Origin: an uncultured Gammaproteobacteria bacterium
Lineage (GTDB): Bacteria > Patescibacteriota > Microgenomatia > UBA10105 > UBA927
Assembly: GCA_964573695.1 (NCBI GenBank)
Contig: CAZNKB010000001.1
Location: 231 to 64,230 of the forward strand
DNA length: 64,000 nucleotides
Direction: 5' to 3'
Position 1 is the first letter of the stretch, and every line of letters begins with the position of its first letter. Positions 17,776 to 28,177 of the stretch are shown piece after piece. Under the pieces are notes generated by a model. The model saw nothing but the letters and a program-made list of their open reading frames with translations. It had not been told where the DNA came from and searched no databases. Position numbers and translations under genes: made by a program.

Positions 17776-19452
17776 TTATGTTGTAGGCACGACGATATCT
17801 TTAATCTTAAGCTGCAGGGTTCGTTTTCCGTTCCATTCATTCATGTCGACAGTATATGCAATGTCGACAGGCTGCTCCGACGAAATCTTGCCATACATAT
17901 CGGACATATTAAACGCCACGGCTTCCCAAGTTTCGTCTTTCGAACGGATTTTCAACTTGAGATGCTTGCGGGTTGCGCCGATAATACGAGCTTCTCTGAT
18001 ATAAACCCCGCGGGATGCAAATAAAGGCTCATAATTTCCGAAGCCGAATGGTGCTAAATCCTGGGCCGCGAGCCATAGCCCCTGGGTAGCGAACTCCAAA
18101 GGAATTTGTGCGTCGATATGAAGTACCCGCTTAAGCTTCTCTTCGTCCAATTCCTTTTGTGCGAAGGATTCCAGCCGTTCTTTAAGCTTGTTTAGATTCT
18201 TTGTCTCCACGGTAAATCCGGCAGCCATAGGATGCCCACCGACGTCAACCAGGATGTCGCTGCAGGTCCGAATGGCCTCAACGATATTAAATCCGGGAAT
18301 ACTCCTTGCCGATGCTTTGGAGAAATCATCTCCGACCGCAAGCACGATAGCAGGCCGCCAATACTCTTCAACGAGTCTTCCCGCGACCAATCCGATGACC
18401 CCGGGGTTATATGATTCATGGGAGATAAAAATAAGATTCTTGAGTGTTTTGGGGACCAAATCCTTTGCGTGAGTGACAGTGTCTATCGTCAGTTGTTGCC
18501 GTTCCTTATTGGTGATCCCCAATTTCTGGGCGAGCACCTTCGCCTTGCCCTCGTCGGTCGTGCAGAGCAACCGAAGAGCATTAATCGCATGGTCTAATCT
18601 TCCCATGGCGTTAAGCCTGGGGGCCAACATGTGGGACACCGAGTACGTATCGATCGTTTTTTTCTCTATCCCGGCCTCGGTTATGAGAGCATTCAAACCT
18701 GTGCGTTTGGTTTTTCGAAGTGTCGCGAGTCCGAACTTGACGATAGATCTGTTGATTCCTACGAGAGGCAGCAAATCAGCGATCGTTCCTATTGTTGCCA
18801 ACGCTGTCAGCTCCCCTTCATGCTCTGTATTTCCCCGACCTAGCAATTTCATCAGTCGCATAGCCACATACCACGACACCCCGGAACCGGAAAGTTTGGT
18901 CGTATGAACGGTTGTTGCGCGTGGAAGCTTCTCCGGCTTGACATGATGATCGGTAATGATCACTTCCATACCAAGCGACGCCGCATAATCCACCTGCTTG
19001 GCCGCCGTAATCCCGTGATCTACCGTTATGATAAGCGCCGGATCATATTGGGCACGCACAGCGTCTATCCCTTTTTCCGATAATCCGTATCCTTCGTCAA
19101 CCCTGTGGGGAATATACGGCATGACCCGAGCACCCAAATGCCAAAGCGTCTCCCACATGATAGCTCCTGCGGTAATCCCGTCAGCGTCGTAATCCGCATA
19201 AACCACCACGGACTCCTTATCCTTTATCGCTTTTTGTATACGGGTTATCGCTTTTTTCAAATCTGCTGAATTTATTCCTACGTCAGCATCCGAAAGCAAG
19301 TGGGGATCAGGCGGGTGTAAAAACTCTTCCTGGGCGGCTTTTGTCCTGATGCCACGGTCTTTCAAAATTTCGTGAATTATCTCCTCTGAAACCGCTTGTT
19401 TGTTGTCCGACGTGACTGCTACCTGGTTCTTTATGTGCCACTTTAATCCCAT
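17776..19452 (-). CDS. recJ: Single-stranded-DNA-specific exonuclease RecJ
   Basis: DHH motifs (YADYDADGITAG, DHH at VIITDHH) and a DHHA1 domain. Confidence 0.85.
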   Translation of the reverse strand: MGLKWHIKNQVAVTSDNKQAVSEEIIHEILKDRGIRTKAAQEEFLHPPDPHLLSDADVGINSADLKKAITRIQKAIKDKESVVVYADYDADGITAGAIMWETLWHLGARVMPYIPHRVDEGYGLSEKGIDAVRAQYDPALIITVDHGITAAKQVDYAASLGMEVIITDHHVKPEKLPRATTVHTTKLSGSGVSWYVAMRLMKLLGRGNTEHEGELTALATIGTIADLLPLVGINRSIVKFGLATLRKTKRTGLNALITEAGIEKKTIDTYSVSHMLAPRLNAMGRLDHAINALRLLCTTDEGKAKVLAQKLGITNKERQQLTIDTVTHAKDLVPKTLKNLIFISHESYNPGVIGLVAGRLVEEYWRPAIVLAVGDDFSKASARSIPGFNIVEAIRTCSDILVDVGGHPMAAGFTVETKNLNKLKERLESFAQKELDEEKLKRVLHIDAQIPLEFATQGLWLAAQDLAPFGFGNYEPLFASRGVYIREARIIGATRKHLKLKIRSKDETWEAVAFNMSDMYGKISSEQPVDIAYTVDMNEWNGKRTLQLKIKDIVVPTT

Positions 19453-19471
19453 AGAGGGTATAATAACAGGT

Positions 19472-20848
19472 ATGATTGCCCTACCTCAATCGGCACGCAC
19501 CATACTGGAGACCCTCAAGTCGGCTGACTTCGAGGCGTTCGCAGTTGGCGGCTCGGTCCGTGATCTTATCATGGGAATTGAAACGAAAGGCTGGGACTTC
19601 ACCACGAATGCCGTACCAGAGGAAATTCTCAAACTCTTTCCTGATAGCTTTTACGATAACCAGTTTGGTACCGTCGGCATCAAGGTCCGGAAAGAAAAGG
19701 CTCAAGAAAACGAGGAAAAAGCCGACATCGAAGACATATACGAAATCACCACCTATAGAAGCGAGGAAGGTTATAAAGATCATCGGCATCCGGACAAAAT
19801 AACCTGGGGCAAAACACTCATCGAAGACCTCTCCAGGCGGGATTTCACTATGAATGCAATTGCCTTTGACGGCATCACGATCGTCGACCCATACAACGGC
19901 AGGGACGATATCGAACATAAGCGGATCAAAACCGTTGGTAAAGCCACAGACCGATTTTCGGAAGACGCGCTCCGTATGTTGCGAGCTGTGCGGTTCGCCG
20001 CCAGATTTGGATTTGTACTGGATACCGATACCGCCGACGCGATACGGGACAATGCCCCGCTCATTGAAAAAATATCGTCGGAGCGGATCCGCGACGAATT
20101 TTTTAAAATCCTGACCGCCACCCACGCAGCGGATGCGGTACTCGTTCTCAAAAATCTCGGGCTACTTCACTTTATATTACCGGAATTGGAGGTCGCATTT
20201 GACACTCCGCAAAAAAGTCCGAAACGGCACCATATATATGACGTCGGGACGCACTCCGTAATGGCGCTTAAACATTGTCCTTCCCAAGACCCGGTCGTGC
20301 GGCTTGCGACACTTATCCATGATTTGGGCAAACCCAAGACATTTCGACAAATGCCTGACGGGCTTATTACATTTTATAACCATGAAGTGGTAGGAGCCCG
20401 GATAGCCAAAACCGTAAGCCAAAGGCTAAGGCTTTCGAACAAACAGGCGGAATTACTCTTCACTCTTATCCGCTGGCATCAATTTAGTGTCGACGAGCGC
20501 CAAACCGATGCCGCACTTCGCAGATTTATCCGAAGAGTCGGAAAAGAAAACCTTCCTCACATACTCGACTTACGTATCGGAGACCGCCTGGGAGGAGGGG
20601 CCACAGAAACATCATGGAGACTGGAGCTTTATAAAAAACGGCTGGAAGAAGTCCAACAACAACCATTCACCGTAGCAGACCTCCATGTCGACGGTCACGA
20701 CGTTATGAAAATCTTTAACACGCGTCCCGGTCCGGTTATCGGAAAAGTCCTTGATGCGCTCTTTGCCGAGGTAGAAGCCGGCACACTCCCCAACGAGCGC
20801 GAAATCCTGCTAACAAAAATGAATGAGCTTAAAGGGACTATCAGCTAA
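19472..20848 (+). CDS. cca: CCA-adding tRNA nucleotidyltransferase with HD domain
   Basis: GGSVRD...D.D polymerase-beta head motif, RRDFTMNA, and a downstream HD domain (HDLGK). Confidence 0.8.
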   Translation: MIALPQSARTILETLKSADFEAFAVGGSVRDLIMGIETKGWDFTTNAVPEEILKLFPDSFYDNQFGTVGIKVRKEKAQENEEKADIEDIYEITTYRSEEGYKDHRHPDKITWGKTLIEDLSRRDFTMNAIAFDGITIVDPYNGRDDIEHKRIKTVGKATDRFSEDALRMLRAVRFAARFGFVLDTDTADAIRDNAPLIEKISSERIRDEFFKILTATHAADAVLVLKNLGLLHFILPELEVAFDTPQKSPKRHHIYDVGTHSVMALKHCPSQDPVVRLATLIHDLGKPKTFRQMPDGLITFYNHEVVGARIAKTVSQRLRLSNKQAELLFTLIRWHQFSVDERQTDAALRRFIRRVGKENLPHILDLRIGDRLGGGATETSWRLELYKKRLEEVQQQPFTVADLHVDGHDVMKIFNTRPGPVIGKVLDALFAEVEAGTLPNEREILLTKMNELKGTIS

Positions 20849-21726
20849 GGTCTGTGTTTTTTCTGTTCTAAACGGTGCCACAATAATAAAACGGGAGTCG
20901 CGACAAACGGCGAAGAATAGGTTCCCGACACCGTGCCGATAAGGAGAGCCACAACAAACCACTTCACTGTTTCGCCACCCATGAGTATAAGGGCCACCAA
21001 CATAAAAATAATGGTGAATGAATTTGTTATAGATCTGTTCATGGTTTCCGTCAAAGCAACATCGCTTATCTCTTCAAACGATCTTGTGCGGTCGCGCTTC
21101 GTATATTCTCTGATCCGGTCAAAAACTACGATCGTATCGTGTACGGAAAAACTCATGGTAGTCAAAAATGCCGTGACAAACAGTGTATCTACCTCGATAC
21201 CGAAAAAATGCCCAAACAACGAAAAACTTCCCAAAACGACCAGTAAATCGTGAAGCAGGGCTACAACCGCCGCCACACCGAAACGTATATTTTTAAACGC
21301 CCAAGCGACATAGAGCAATATCGCCGATACTGCCAGTAATGCAGCAAATAATGCCTTGGATAAAAGCTCGCGCCCCAAGACGGGTCCTACGGTTTCATTT
21401 CTCAGTGTCACCGCACTTACCGAAGACTCTTTCTGTATACGATCGGTGAGCAGGGCAATATCCTGACGAGTTGCCTGCTTCATTCTGATAATAAATGTCC
21501 GATCTCCCGACTGCACGGCACTCACAACGTCCACGCCCGAAGTATGAGCAATCTGTGTAACTTGTGATAGAGGTAAAGATGCGCTTGTACGATATTCGAC
21601 AAGCGTTCCCCCGGCAAAATCTATGGACTGCTTAAACCCAAATCGGATAAGGGAATATATTCCGGGCACGAGCACAAACGCTGAAATACATGCGTAAAGC
21701 CAAAGATACTTACTAAACCTGATCAT
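20845..21726 (-). CDS. secF: Protein translocase subunit SecF
   Basis: SecF membrane topology and motifs. Start trimmed to the ATG that overlaps the secD stop (ATGA). Confidence 0.8.
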   Translation of the reverse strand: MIRFSKYLWLYACISAFVLVPGIYSLIRFGFKQSIDFAGGTLVEYRTSASLPLSQVTQIAHTSGVDVVSAVQSGDRTFIIRMKQATRQDIALLTDRIQKESSVSAVTLRNETVGPVLGRELLSKALFAALLAVSAILLYVAWAFKNIRFGVAAVVALLHDLLVVLGSFSLFGHFFGIEVDTLFVTAFLTTMSFSVHDTIVVFDRIREYTKRDRTRSFEEISDVALTETMNRSITNSFTIIFMLVALILMGGETVKWFVVALLIGTVSGTYSSPFVATPVLLLWHRLEQKKHRP

Positions 21727-23093
21727 ACTTGTGTGCCTTTCTCTTTGTAAAACACGCGGATGTAAGTCCTGCTTGCGACAATACCAGTGAACAAGCTCAT
21801 CACCACTCCGATAAGCAGAGTTGCTGCAAATCCGCGGACTAAACCGCTCGAAGGAAGCATGTTCCAATTGCCCGGATTATAAAGAATAAGCGAGGTAATG
21901 ATCGTAGTGAAATTCGCATCTCTTATACTATCCCACGCCTTTCCGAATGCCTGTTCCATAGCGATTCCCCAGGGTTTACCGGCGCGAACCTCTTCTTTGT
22001 ATCTTTCGAATATGAGGATATTACTATCTACGGCCATACCGATCGACAGTAAAAATCCTGCGATTCCCGGCAGAGTAAGGGTAATCCCAAATAAACGAAA
22101 TACGCCAAACGACAATAAGCCATATAAAATGAGTGCTGCATCCGCGATAAGTCCGAGCCTACCATACTGAAAGATCATGAATAATGCGACGAACCCCAAT
22201 CCTATGCTTCCCGCGCGTATGCTTTTTGCGACGGACTCCGCTCCCAGTGTTGCCTCTACCGTCCGCTCCTCCACAGGACGCACCGGGACAGGAAGCGCTC
22301 CTGCATTGAGTTGCAGCGCGAGGGTACGTGCATTATCGCGGGTGAAATTTCCCGTCACCACTGCCCTGCCGTCGGTTATCGCTGTTTGTACGACAGGCGC
22401 CGTAAGAGGCACATCGTCCAAAAATATGGCGAGTTGCTTGCCAATCAAACGACTCGTCGCATCTCCGAATTTTTTGGATCCTTCTGGAGTAAATTCTATA
22501 GCCACCTCAGGAGAACCGGTCTGTTGGCTAAATGATAAACCGGCTTTGGACAAATCCTTACCTGTTATGCCGACCGGCTTCGTATTGAGAAGTGACGGGA
22601 TGACAAAGGCGCCAGTAGTAGCCTCGTCCGGATTGGTGAATTCACGAAAATCCAAAAGCGCCGTCTGGCCGATGAGGGAAACTGCACGATCTACATCATT
22701 TACTCCTGGCAGCTCAACAATAATACGGTAGGAATTTTCCGTCACTGCCGTTTGCACGATCGGCTCCGAAACACCGAAAAAATTCACCCTCCGGTCTATG
22801 ACTTCCTTAGCAGACTCTAACGCGGACAATCGATCAGCAGGGCGTATATCTTTCATGTCCGCTTCCAGCACAACATGACTCCCCCCGGCCAAATCCAAAC
22901 CCAGTGATGTCTTGAGAGGCTTAGTCCAGCCGAACAGACGAATTGTCGGCGGGTTAATGACCCGGTCAACCGTGCGACCAAACACCGTAAACTTGAGCCG
23001 ATAATTTTCGGGAAGATCGATAACAACAAGTGCTATCGATAGAAGAAATAACAAAAAAAATACCCTTCTGGGATTTTTGAACATAATTGTCAT
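21723..23093 (-). CDS. secD: Protein translocase subunit SecD
   Basis: SecD periplasmic domain plus 6 TM; adjacent to secF. Confidence 0.85.
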   Translation of the reverse strand: MTIMFKNPRRVFFLLFLLSIALVVIDLPENYRLKFTVFGRTVDRVINPPTIRLFGWTKPLKTSLGLDLAGGSHVVLEADMKDIRPADRLSALESAKEVIDRRVNFFGVSEPIVQTAVTENSYRIIVELPGVNDVDRAVSLIGQTALLDFREFTNPDEATTGAFVIPSLLNTKPVGITGKDLSKAGLSFSQQTGSPEVAIEFTPEGSKKFGDATSRLIGKQLAIFLDDVPLTAPVVQTAITDGRAVVTGNFTRDNARTLALQLNAGALPVPVRPVEERTVEATLGAESVAKSIRAGSIGLGFVALFMIFQYGRLGLIADAALILYGLLSFGVFRLFGITLTLPGIAGFLLSIGMAVDSNILIFERYKEEVRAGKPWGIAMEQAFGKAWDSIRDANFTTIITSLILYNPGNWNMLPSSGLVRGFAATLLIGVVMSLFTGIVASRTYIRVFYKEKGTQV

Positions 23094-23172
23094 CGCGAGC
23101 GCTAGCGTGGCGATCCGATTATTATAATACCAAACGAGATCCCTCGAAAGACTCGAGATAAAAATGGGAATA

Positions 23173-23754
23173 TCAACTTACCAATTCCTCTTCGTCACCG
23201 ATAAGCATGACGCGCGAGCCGCTGAGTATTTCTAACACAAACGGGTCGCGACGCCTTTTGCGAAAGGTGAACTCTTCGTCGGACATAACCGTATAATTTA
23301 GCTCACGTTCGCGCTTCACCTCTTCGGCCCGGACAAAACTTCCAAGTTCAGCAAGCACGACAGATCCGACAATGAGCAGATCCACGTCGCTGCCTCCTTT
23401 GTGGGGTAATCCGCGTAAATATCTTCCCGATAGCATTGCGAATTTAATTTTGCCGAGTTTCGCTCTGTTTTTGACGATATCCCAGCCTAAACCGGTCGTC
23501 TTACCCATAAGCTCCATGAGCTCAAAATATAGCGGATATTCTTTGCGGAAGCGGTAAAAAAGCCTGTTTGCTCGCTGCTCTTTTGAGAGCATACCTGCTT
23601 TCTCCAGATGCGCAAGCTCACGTCTCACCGCGTTGATTTCCTCTCCGACCTGGCGCACGATTTCGCGTACGTGATAAATCATGGTCGGGTTATTTAAAAA
23701 TAACGCGAGCATCTTAACCCTGACTCGAGAGATAATCAGATCTTCAAGAAGCAT
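23173..23754 (-). CDS. Winged-helix DNA-binding protein fused to a minimal nucleotidyltransferase-fold domain
   Basis: N-terminal wHTH; C-terminal GSDVDLLIVG (GS...DxD NTase motif). Confidence 0.4.
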   Translation of the reverse strand: MLLEDLIISRVRVKMLALFLNNPTMIYHVREIVRQVGEEINAVRRELAHLEKAGMLSKEQRANRLFYRFRKEYPLYFELMELMGKTTGLGWDIVKNRAKLGKIKFAMLSGRYLRGLPHKGGSDVDLLIVGSVVLAELGSFVRAEEVKRERELNYTVMSDEEFTFRKRRRDPFVLEILSGSRVMLIGDEEELVS

Positions 23755-23781
23755 ACGTCCTCCATTTTCTCGGGCAGAGGT

Positions 23782-24960
23782 TTAGTATGTGACAGCAGTC
23801 CCGGTGGGCAGCATTTCGATCCATATCTGGCCACGCGTAAACTCAATTTCTTTATTCGTGGCAGAATCAAAAAATTTAGTCCGTGAACTTTTGATTTCCT
23901 TTTTCCAAACCGCTTTTGTCACCTTACCGTCCTGGAAAACGATCGCTTCGCCGCTACCGGTGTTTGCATAAAGAAGATGTGCGTGTTCATCTACCGGACC
24001 GGTTTCTTTGGCAAAGAGTATGGCCACGGCCTTGGCAGACAACTGCGCCTTTGTTTCCAAATCTATGTGAGCTACTCCCCCATTAAAGCGTTTATAGATA
24101 TTAGCGGTCTTGTCATACTCCCAACGGACGCCGTACTCAGTCTCATACCCTTTCCAGGCGGCAAAACTGATAGACGTGGCAGCTCCACGTTCGTTTTCTT
24201 TTGCATCGTCTTTAAATTTCCACGGCTGGAACCCTTTATCCCATGAGACTCCTGCTGCATCAACATTGGTCCATCCGCGTTGTTTAGCCAAAGCAATCAG
24301 TTTGTCCGTCACACATACCATAGTATGTTCTGTAGCGACAGGGTGGTCCAAACGATCATAATTACGGTAACAGGTCGGGAAGGAGATACCGAACTGATCC
24401 ATATCCTTTATTTTGTATTGTTGTATGTGGCATAGTGCTTTGGCCCGATCGTCAACCGTGGGATCGTTGCAAAGCCCTGCTCCTCCGACGTGATTATAAA
24501 GTGCGTCATACTCCATGACCCAACCCAAATAATGTTCGCGGGCGCTTCTCACTGGAGCCAAATTGACGGTCTGTGCAGCTATACCACAGTAGAAAACTCC
24601 CATAAACCGCGTAATACCACCTTCAGCGACTGCTTCGTATACCACGTCAGCACTGGATAAACCTGATTGCGGACGGCTATCGGCATGGTTTTCTATCATA
24701 ACTGCCAATGGTCGTCTCGTCACCCAAACGTCTTTCTCCTGTTTTGTATATAATTTGCCGTTTATCGGACACGGCTCAGTCCGCGGAATAGAAGGATCGA
24801 TAACAAAATGCTCCTGGGTTCCGTTTTTTTGTGTGATCGGCGTGGATACCTTTGATTTTCCGAAGTATGAAAACCCGGCGAACGAAAGTCCGGTAGCGAC
24901 AAGATATAGGGCTAGTCCCATAATCGACGTGACAATAAGTTTCTGTTTGTTCATGATCAT
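23782..24960 (-). CDS. DUF3048-like lipoprotein/secreted protein
   Basis: Signal peptide/TM then a ~350-aa domain resembling YerB/DUF3048. Confidence 0.4.
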   Translation of the reverse strand: MIMNKQKLIVTSIMGLALYLVATGLSFAGFSYFGKSKVSTPITQKNGTQEHFVIDPSIPRTEPCPINGKLYTKQEKDVWVTRRPLAVMIENHADSRPQSGLSSADVVYEAVAEGGITRFMGVFYCGIAAQTVNLAPVRSAREHYLGWVMEYDALYNHVGGAGLCNDPTVDDRAKALCHIQQYKIKDMDQFGISFPTCYRNYDRLDHPVATEHTMVCVTDKLIALAKQRGWTNVDAAGVSWDKGFQPWKFKDDAKENERGAATSISFAAWKGYETEYGVRWEYDKTANIYKRFNGGVAHIDLETKAQLSAKAVAILFAKETGPVDEHAHLLYANTGSGEAIVFQDGKVTKAVWKKEIKSSRTKFFDSATNKEIEFTRGQIWIEMLPTGTAVTY

Positions 24961-25433
24961 CCTCCTATATGCTTGGCCTTATCAATCGCCGCCTCTTCTT
25001 CTTTAGATAATGCAACGTCTTTTCCCTTTCCTGCGATTATGTCTTTGATATACCACCTATTTCCACTCCGTGCGTAAAGCGACGTCAGCATAATCCCCGA
25101 ATTCCTTCCGTTAAGAAGCGCTATCGAAAAACTCTGCGCTCCTCCTGTATCTGCAAACGGGTTAAACCGGACTATACCGATTCTTTGAACATGCAGACTA
25201 CCCTCGTTTTCCAATACCTGTGTCGCTTTTTCAAGAGCTGATGCTCGGCTCTTTACATCCTGAAGCGTGGTTAATACTGCTTCAAGTGCTTCCAGCAACC
25301 CCGGCTTCGTAATTCCCTTACTTAACCTATTATAATGGGAAATCATCCGAATTAGCAAAGCCGAAATGATCCCAAGCCACACCAAAAATCCTATGGCAAT
25401 ACCCACGATAAGCAATGTACTATTGAACACCAT
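24957..25433 (-). CDS. DUF4446-like membrane-anchored protein
   Basis: N-terminal TM, coiled-coil, conserved RFNPF. Confidence 0.4.
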   Translation of the reverse strand: MVFNSTLLIVGIAIGFLVWLGIISALLIRMISHYNRLSKGITKPGLLEALEAVLTTLQDVKSRASALEKATQVLENEGSLHVQRIGIVRFNPFADTGGAQSFSIALLNGRNSGIMLTSLYARSGNRWYIKDIIAGKGKDVALSKEEEAAIDKAKHIGG

Positions 25434-25591
25434 TCGTATTCACCATATTACGATTCTATTTTTGTTTTTGTCAATCACGATTTATGTTATTTTTGGGACA
25501 CATCGCAGGTTATTAGCTTCAACATGAAGCTAATTCATTTGACATCGGAAGCCGAGCTGTGCTACGCTCATGCCCACGACCCTAACGCGGT

Positions 25592-25873
25592 ATGCCTAAA
25601 AAAACTAAGAAGGAAAAACTGCTTGCCCAACAGCATAGATCGCACGTCGCTTCCGTGGTGACTCGCAGAGCACCTGAGTCGGACACTCTCCCCGCAACGA
25701 CTGATACTCGGATCACATTTTCACTTCCCAAACGCACACAGCAGCCAACCGGACTTGGCTTATCCTCCGCGCATGAATTTACAGTCATGAAACGCGATCT
25801 TATAAAAACCGTAATACTTACCGTAGCCATACTTATTAGTGAATTCCTGCTCGCAAAGTCGCTGCCTCAATAA
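25592..25873 (+). CDS. Putative tail-anchored small membrane protein (93 aa)
   Basis: K-rich N-terminus and C-terminal TM helix. No clear RBS. Confidence 0.2.
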   Translation: MPKKTKKEKLLAQQHRSHVASVVTRRAPESDTLPATTDTRITFSLPKRTQQPTGLGLSSAHEFTVMKRDLIKTVILTVAILISEFLLAKSLPQ

Positions 25874-25907
25874 TGACGAAAGTGATGAAAGGAGGTGAAA
25901 AATTACT

Positions 25908-26048
25908 ATGGCAACAATGTATTGTGTAAAATGCCGCGCGAAGCGCGATGACCCAAAGGCTGTCAAAGTCACAATGAAAAACGGCAAACCGGCTATGAAA
26001 GGCAAGTGTCCAGTTTGTGGCACCGGAATGTACAAAATCGGTGGCTAA
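25908..26048 (+). CDS. DUF5679-type small zinc-ribbon protein (46 aa)
   Basis: MATMYCVKCRAKRD...KGKCPVCGTGMYKIGG with two CxxC. RBS AAAGGAGGTG 8 nt upstream. Below the ORF-track cutoff. Confidence 0.6.
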   Translation: MATMYCVKCRAKRDDPKAVKVTMKNGKPAMKGKCPVCGTGMYKIGG

Positions 26049-26078
26049 TTTTCTTTCTGGTAAGACGTTTTATCAAAA

Positions 26079-26117
26079 CACCCCCCGCCTCTGGTGGGGG
26101 GTTTTGGTTGTTTATTC
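26079..26117 (+). terminator. Intrinsic terminator, probably bidirectional (CCCCCCGCC-UCU-GGUGGGGGG-UUUUGGUUGUUUAUU)
   Basis: 9-bp G/C stem plus U tract. Lies between convergent genes. Confidence 0.65.
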
Positions 26118-26169
26118 ACTCAAACAGATAACCGCGGCGTTACATTGCGAGCCGTAGCCGGGATGAATT

Positions 26170-27696
26170 TCATTGATCGTCCGGCCGATACTGGAGCGCT
26201 TCTGCTATATGTGACGGTGCTATCTCTTTGACCTGAGCCAGGTCTGCTATAGTGCGTGCAATTTTTATAATCCGGTAGTAACTTCTGGCCGACAAAGAAA
26301 ACCGTGTTGCAGCCTGGGTAATCAGCGCTTGGGCTTCCTGTAGCAACACGCAGTGCTCTTTCACCATGCGGGTAGTCATTTCTGCATTGGCTGCCATGTG
26401 GTACACGCTGAGTCGTTTCACTTGCGTGTCGCGCGCACGTTGTACGCGCTCTCTGATACGCTCTGATGATTCCCTGCCGGCCACTTTCCCTGTTAGTTTT
26501 TCCATTGGTACCGCGGGCACATGAACATGAAGATCAATCCTATCGATAATAGGTCCTGAAATACGCTTTTGGTACCGCGTCACCATACCAGGTAAACACG
26601 TACACGGCTTTACCGCCGAACGAAAATTACCACAAGGACAGGGATTGGCTGCGGCAACGAGCATAAACTTCGCAGGATATCGAACCGATCCCGAAGCCCG
26701 GGATATTGTCACCACGCCGTCCTCAATAGGCTGACGAAGCGCTTCAAGCACATGACGGGGGTATTCAGGAAACTCATCCAGAAACAACACGCCACGATGC
26801 GCTAATGATATCTCTCCGGGCGTAGGACGCGACCCTCCGCCGATAAGACCGATGCGGGAGGTCGTGTGGTGAGGACTTCGAAATGGGCGGAATTTGATAA
26901 TCGACTCCCCGGCTGGCAAATTACCCGTTACCGAATATATTTTCGTCACATCCAGCGCCTCCTCCTCCGTCATGGCCGGCAATATGGAAGGCAACGTGCG
27001 TGCAAGCATGGTCTTACCGGCTCCAGGAGGCCCCTGCATAAATACGTTATGCGCTCCGGCGGCGGCTATCTCAAGCGCACGTTTGACATGGTCCTGACCC
27101 GCGACATCGGACATATCAAAGGCAAACCCGCTGGAAACGCCCAACGAGCCAAAAGCGACATGCGGATGAACAGGTATCAGTTGGGCACCGGTCAGATGAC
27201 GGTATAACTCAAGAAGCGACCGAACCGGTATGACGGAAATTCCATGAATGACAGCTGCTTCTTTTGCGTCCTCAGCTGGCACGAATATGACATGCGATTT
27301 CGAATGATCACGTATCATCATGGCAAGCGACAATATGCCGTTGGTGTGTCTCAATCCTCCGTCAAGCGACAACTCACCCACAAATAGAGCAGAACTTTCT
27401 GAAACAGGAAGCTGCCCGGACGCCACCAACATACCCACGGCAATAGGTAAATCATACGCCGGCCCCGCTTTGGGCAAATCTGCTGGAGCTAAGTTGACGG
27501 TAATCCTATGATTAGGAAATTCCGCGCCGCTGTTTTTGATAGCGGAGCGAACCCGCTCCTTGCTTTCCTCGACGGCTTTATCCGGAAGGCCGACTATCGT
27601 AAACGACGGCAGGCTCTGTGATGAAATATCGACTTCTACCGTGACCGGAACAGCCTCTAGCCCGACGACTGCCCCGGAAAAAATTTTTGCGAGCAT
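26170..27696 (-). CDS. comM: YifB/ComM family Mg-chelatase-like AAA+ ATPase
   Basis: N-terminal Lon-like ChlI domain, Walker A GPPGAGKT, C-terminal Mg_chelatase_C. Confidence 0.85.
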   Translation of the reverse strand: MLAKIFSGAVVGLEAVPVTVEVDISSQSLPSFTIVGLPDKAVEESKERVRSAIKNSGAEFPNHRITVNLAPADLPKAGPAYDLPIAVGMLVASGQLPVSESSALFVGELSLDGGLRHTNGILSLAMMIRDHSKSHVIFVPAEDAKEAAVIHGISVIPVRSLLELYRHLTGAQLIPVHPHVAFGSLGVSSGFAFDMSDVAGQDHVKRALEIAAAGAHNVFMQGPPGAGKTMLARTLPSILPAMTEEEALDVTKIYSVTGNLPAGESIIKFRPFRSPHHTTSRIGLIGGGSRPTPGEISLAHRGVLFLDEFPEYPRHVLEALRQPIEDGVVTISRASGSVRYPAKFMLVAAANPCPCGNFRSAVKPCTCLPGMVTRYQKRISGPIIDRIDLHVHVPAVPMEKLTGKVAGRESSERIRERVQRARDTQVKRLSVYHMAANAEMTTRMVKEHCVLLQEAQALITQAATRFSLSARSYYRIIKIARTIADLAQVKEIAPSHIAEALQYRPDDQ

Positions 27697-27732
27697 TCCC
27701 TATTACCATAATGCAATTGCGCCTGTGGCGAT

Positions 27733-27762
27733 GTGGACTAGATTACAATACAGGGAGTATAA
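27733..27762 (+). promoter_or_regulatory. Putative rnpB promoter (TGGACT-18-TATAAT)
   Basis: -10 TATAAT at 27757-27762, 7 nt before the predicted mature 5' end. Confidence 0.4.
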
Positions 27763-27768
27763 TACGGG

Positions 27769-28143
27769 TGCGCTTTGGGAACCCGGATTCTCGCCCCGAT
27801 CCCGGCTTGCCGGAATCGCGGGAGGAAAGTCCAGACAGCAGAATGCGAGGGGAACTGACGCAAGTCATTACAGGTAACTGCTGGTGTTCTGCTTCCGAAA
27901 GGAAACGGAAACGAAATCCCGCTTAGCGGGATTGAGAGAGCCACAGAGACGATCATCAGCCGTCAGCCGAAATTCGGCTCGGAAGATGGGTGAAACGTTG
28001 GCAATCCCACCCGCTGCAACCGGCGACAGATCCGTTATCACCACGCATTCGGGAGGATCGAAGTTTACGGGCATTAGAGAAATGAGAGTCTATCCCGATT
28101 CATCGGGAGAAACAGAATCTGGCTTACGAGGATCCCGAGGCGC
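27769..28143 (+). ncRNA. rnpB: RNase P RNA, bacterial type A
   Basis: P4 5' strand AGGAAAGUCC (27822-27831); CAGGUAACUGCUGG; GGGUGAAA; P4 3' strand ACAGAAUCUGGCUUA (28112-28126). P1 pairs GCGCUUUGGGAACC (27769-27782) with GGAUCCCGAGGCGC (28130-28143). Confidence 0.85.
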
Positions 28144-28177
28144 AAACAAAATCCATGAGTTATCATGGATTTTGTTT
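28144..28177. terminator. Bidirectional intrinsic terminator (perfect 15-bp inverted repeat AAACAAAATCCATGA/TCATGGATTTTGTTT)
   Basis: Directly follows the rnpB 3' end and the stop of the minus-strand AI-2E transporter gene. Confidence 0.6.
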
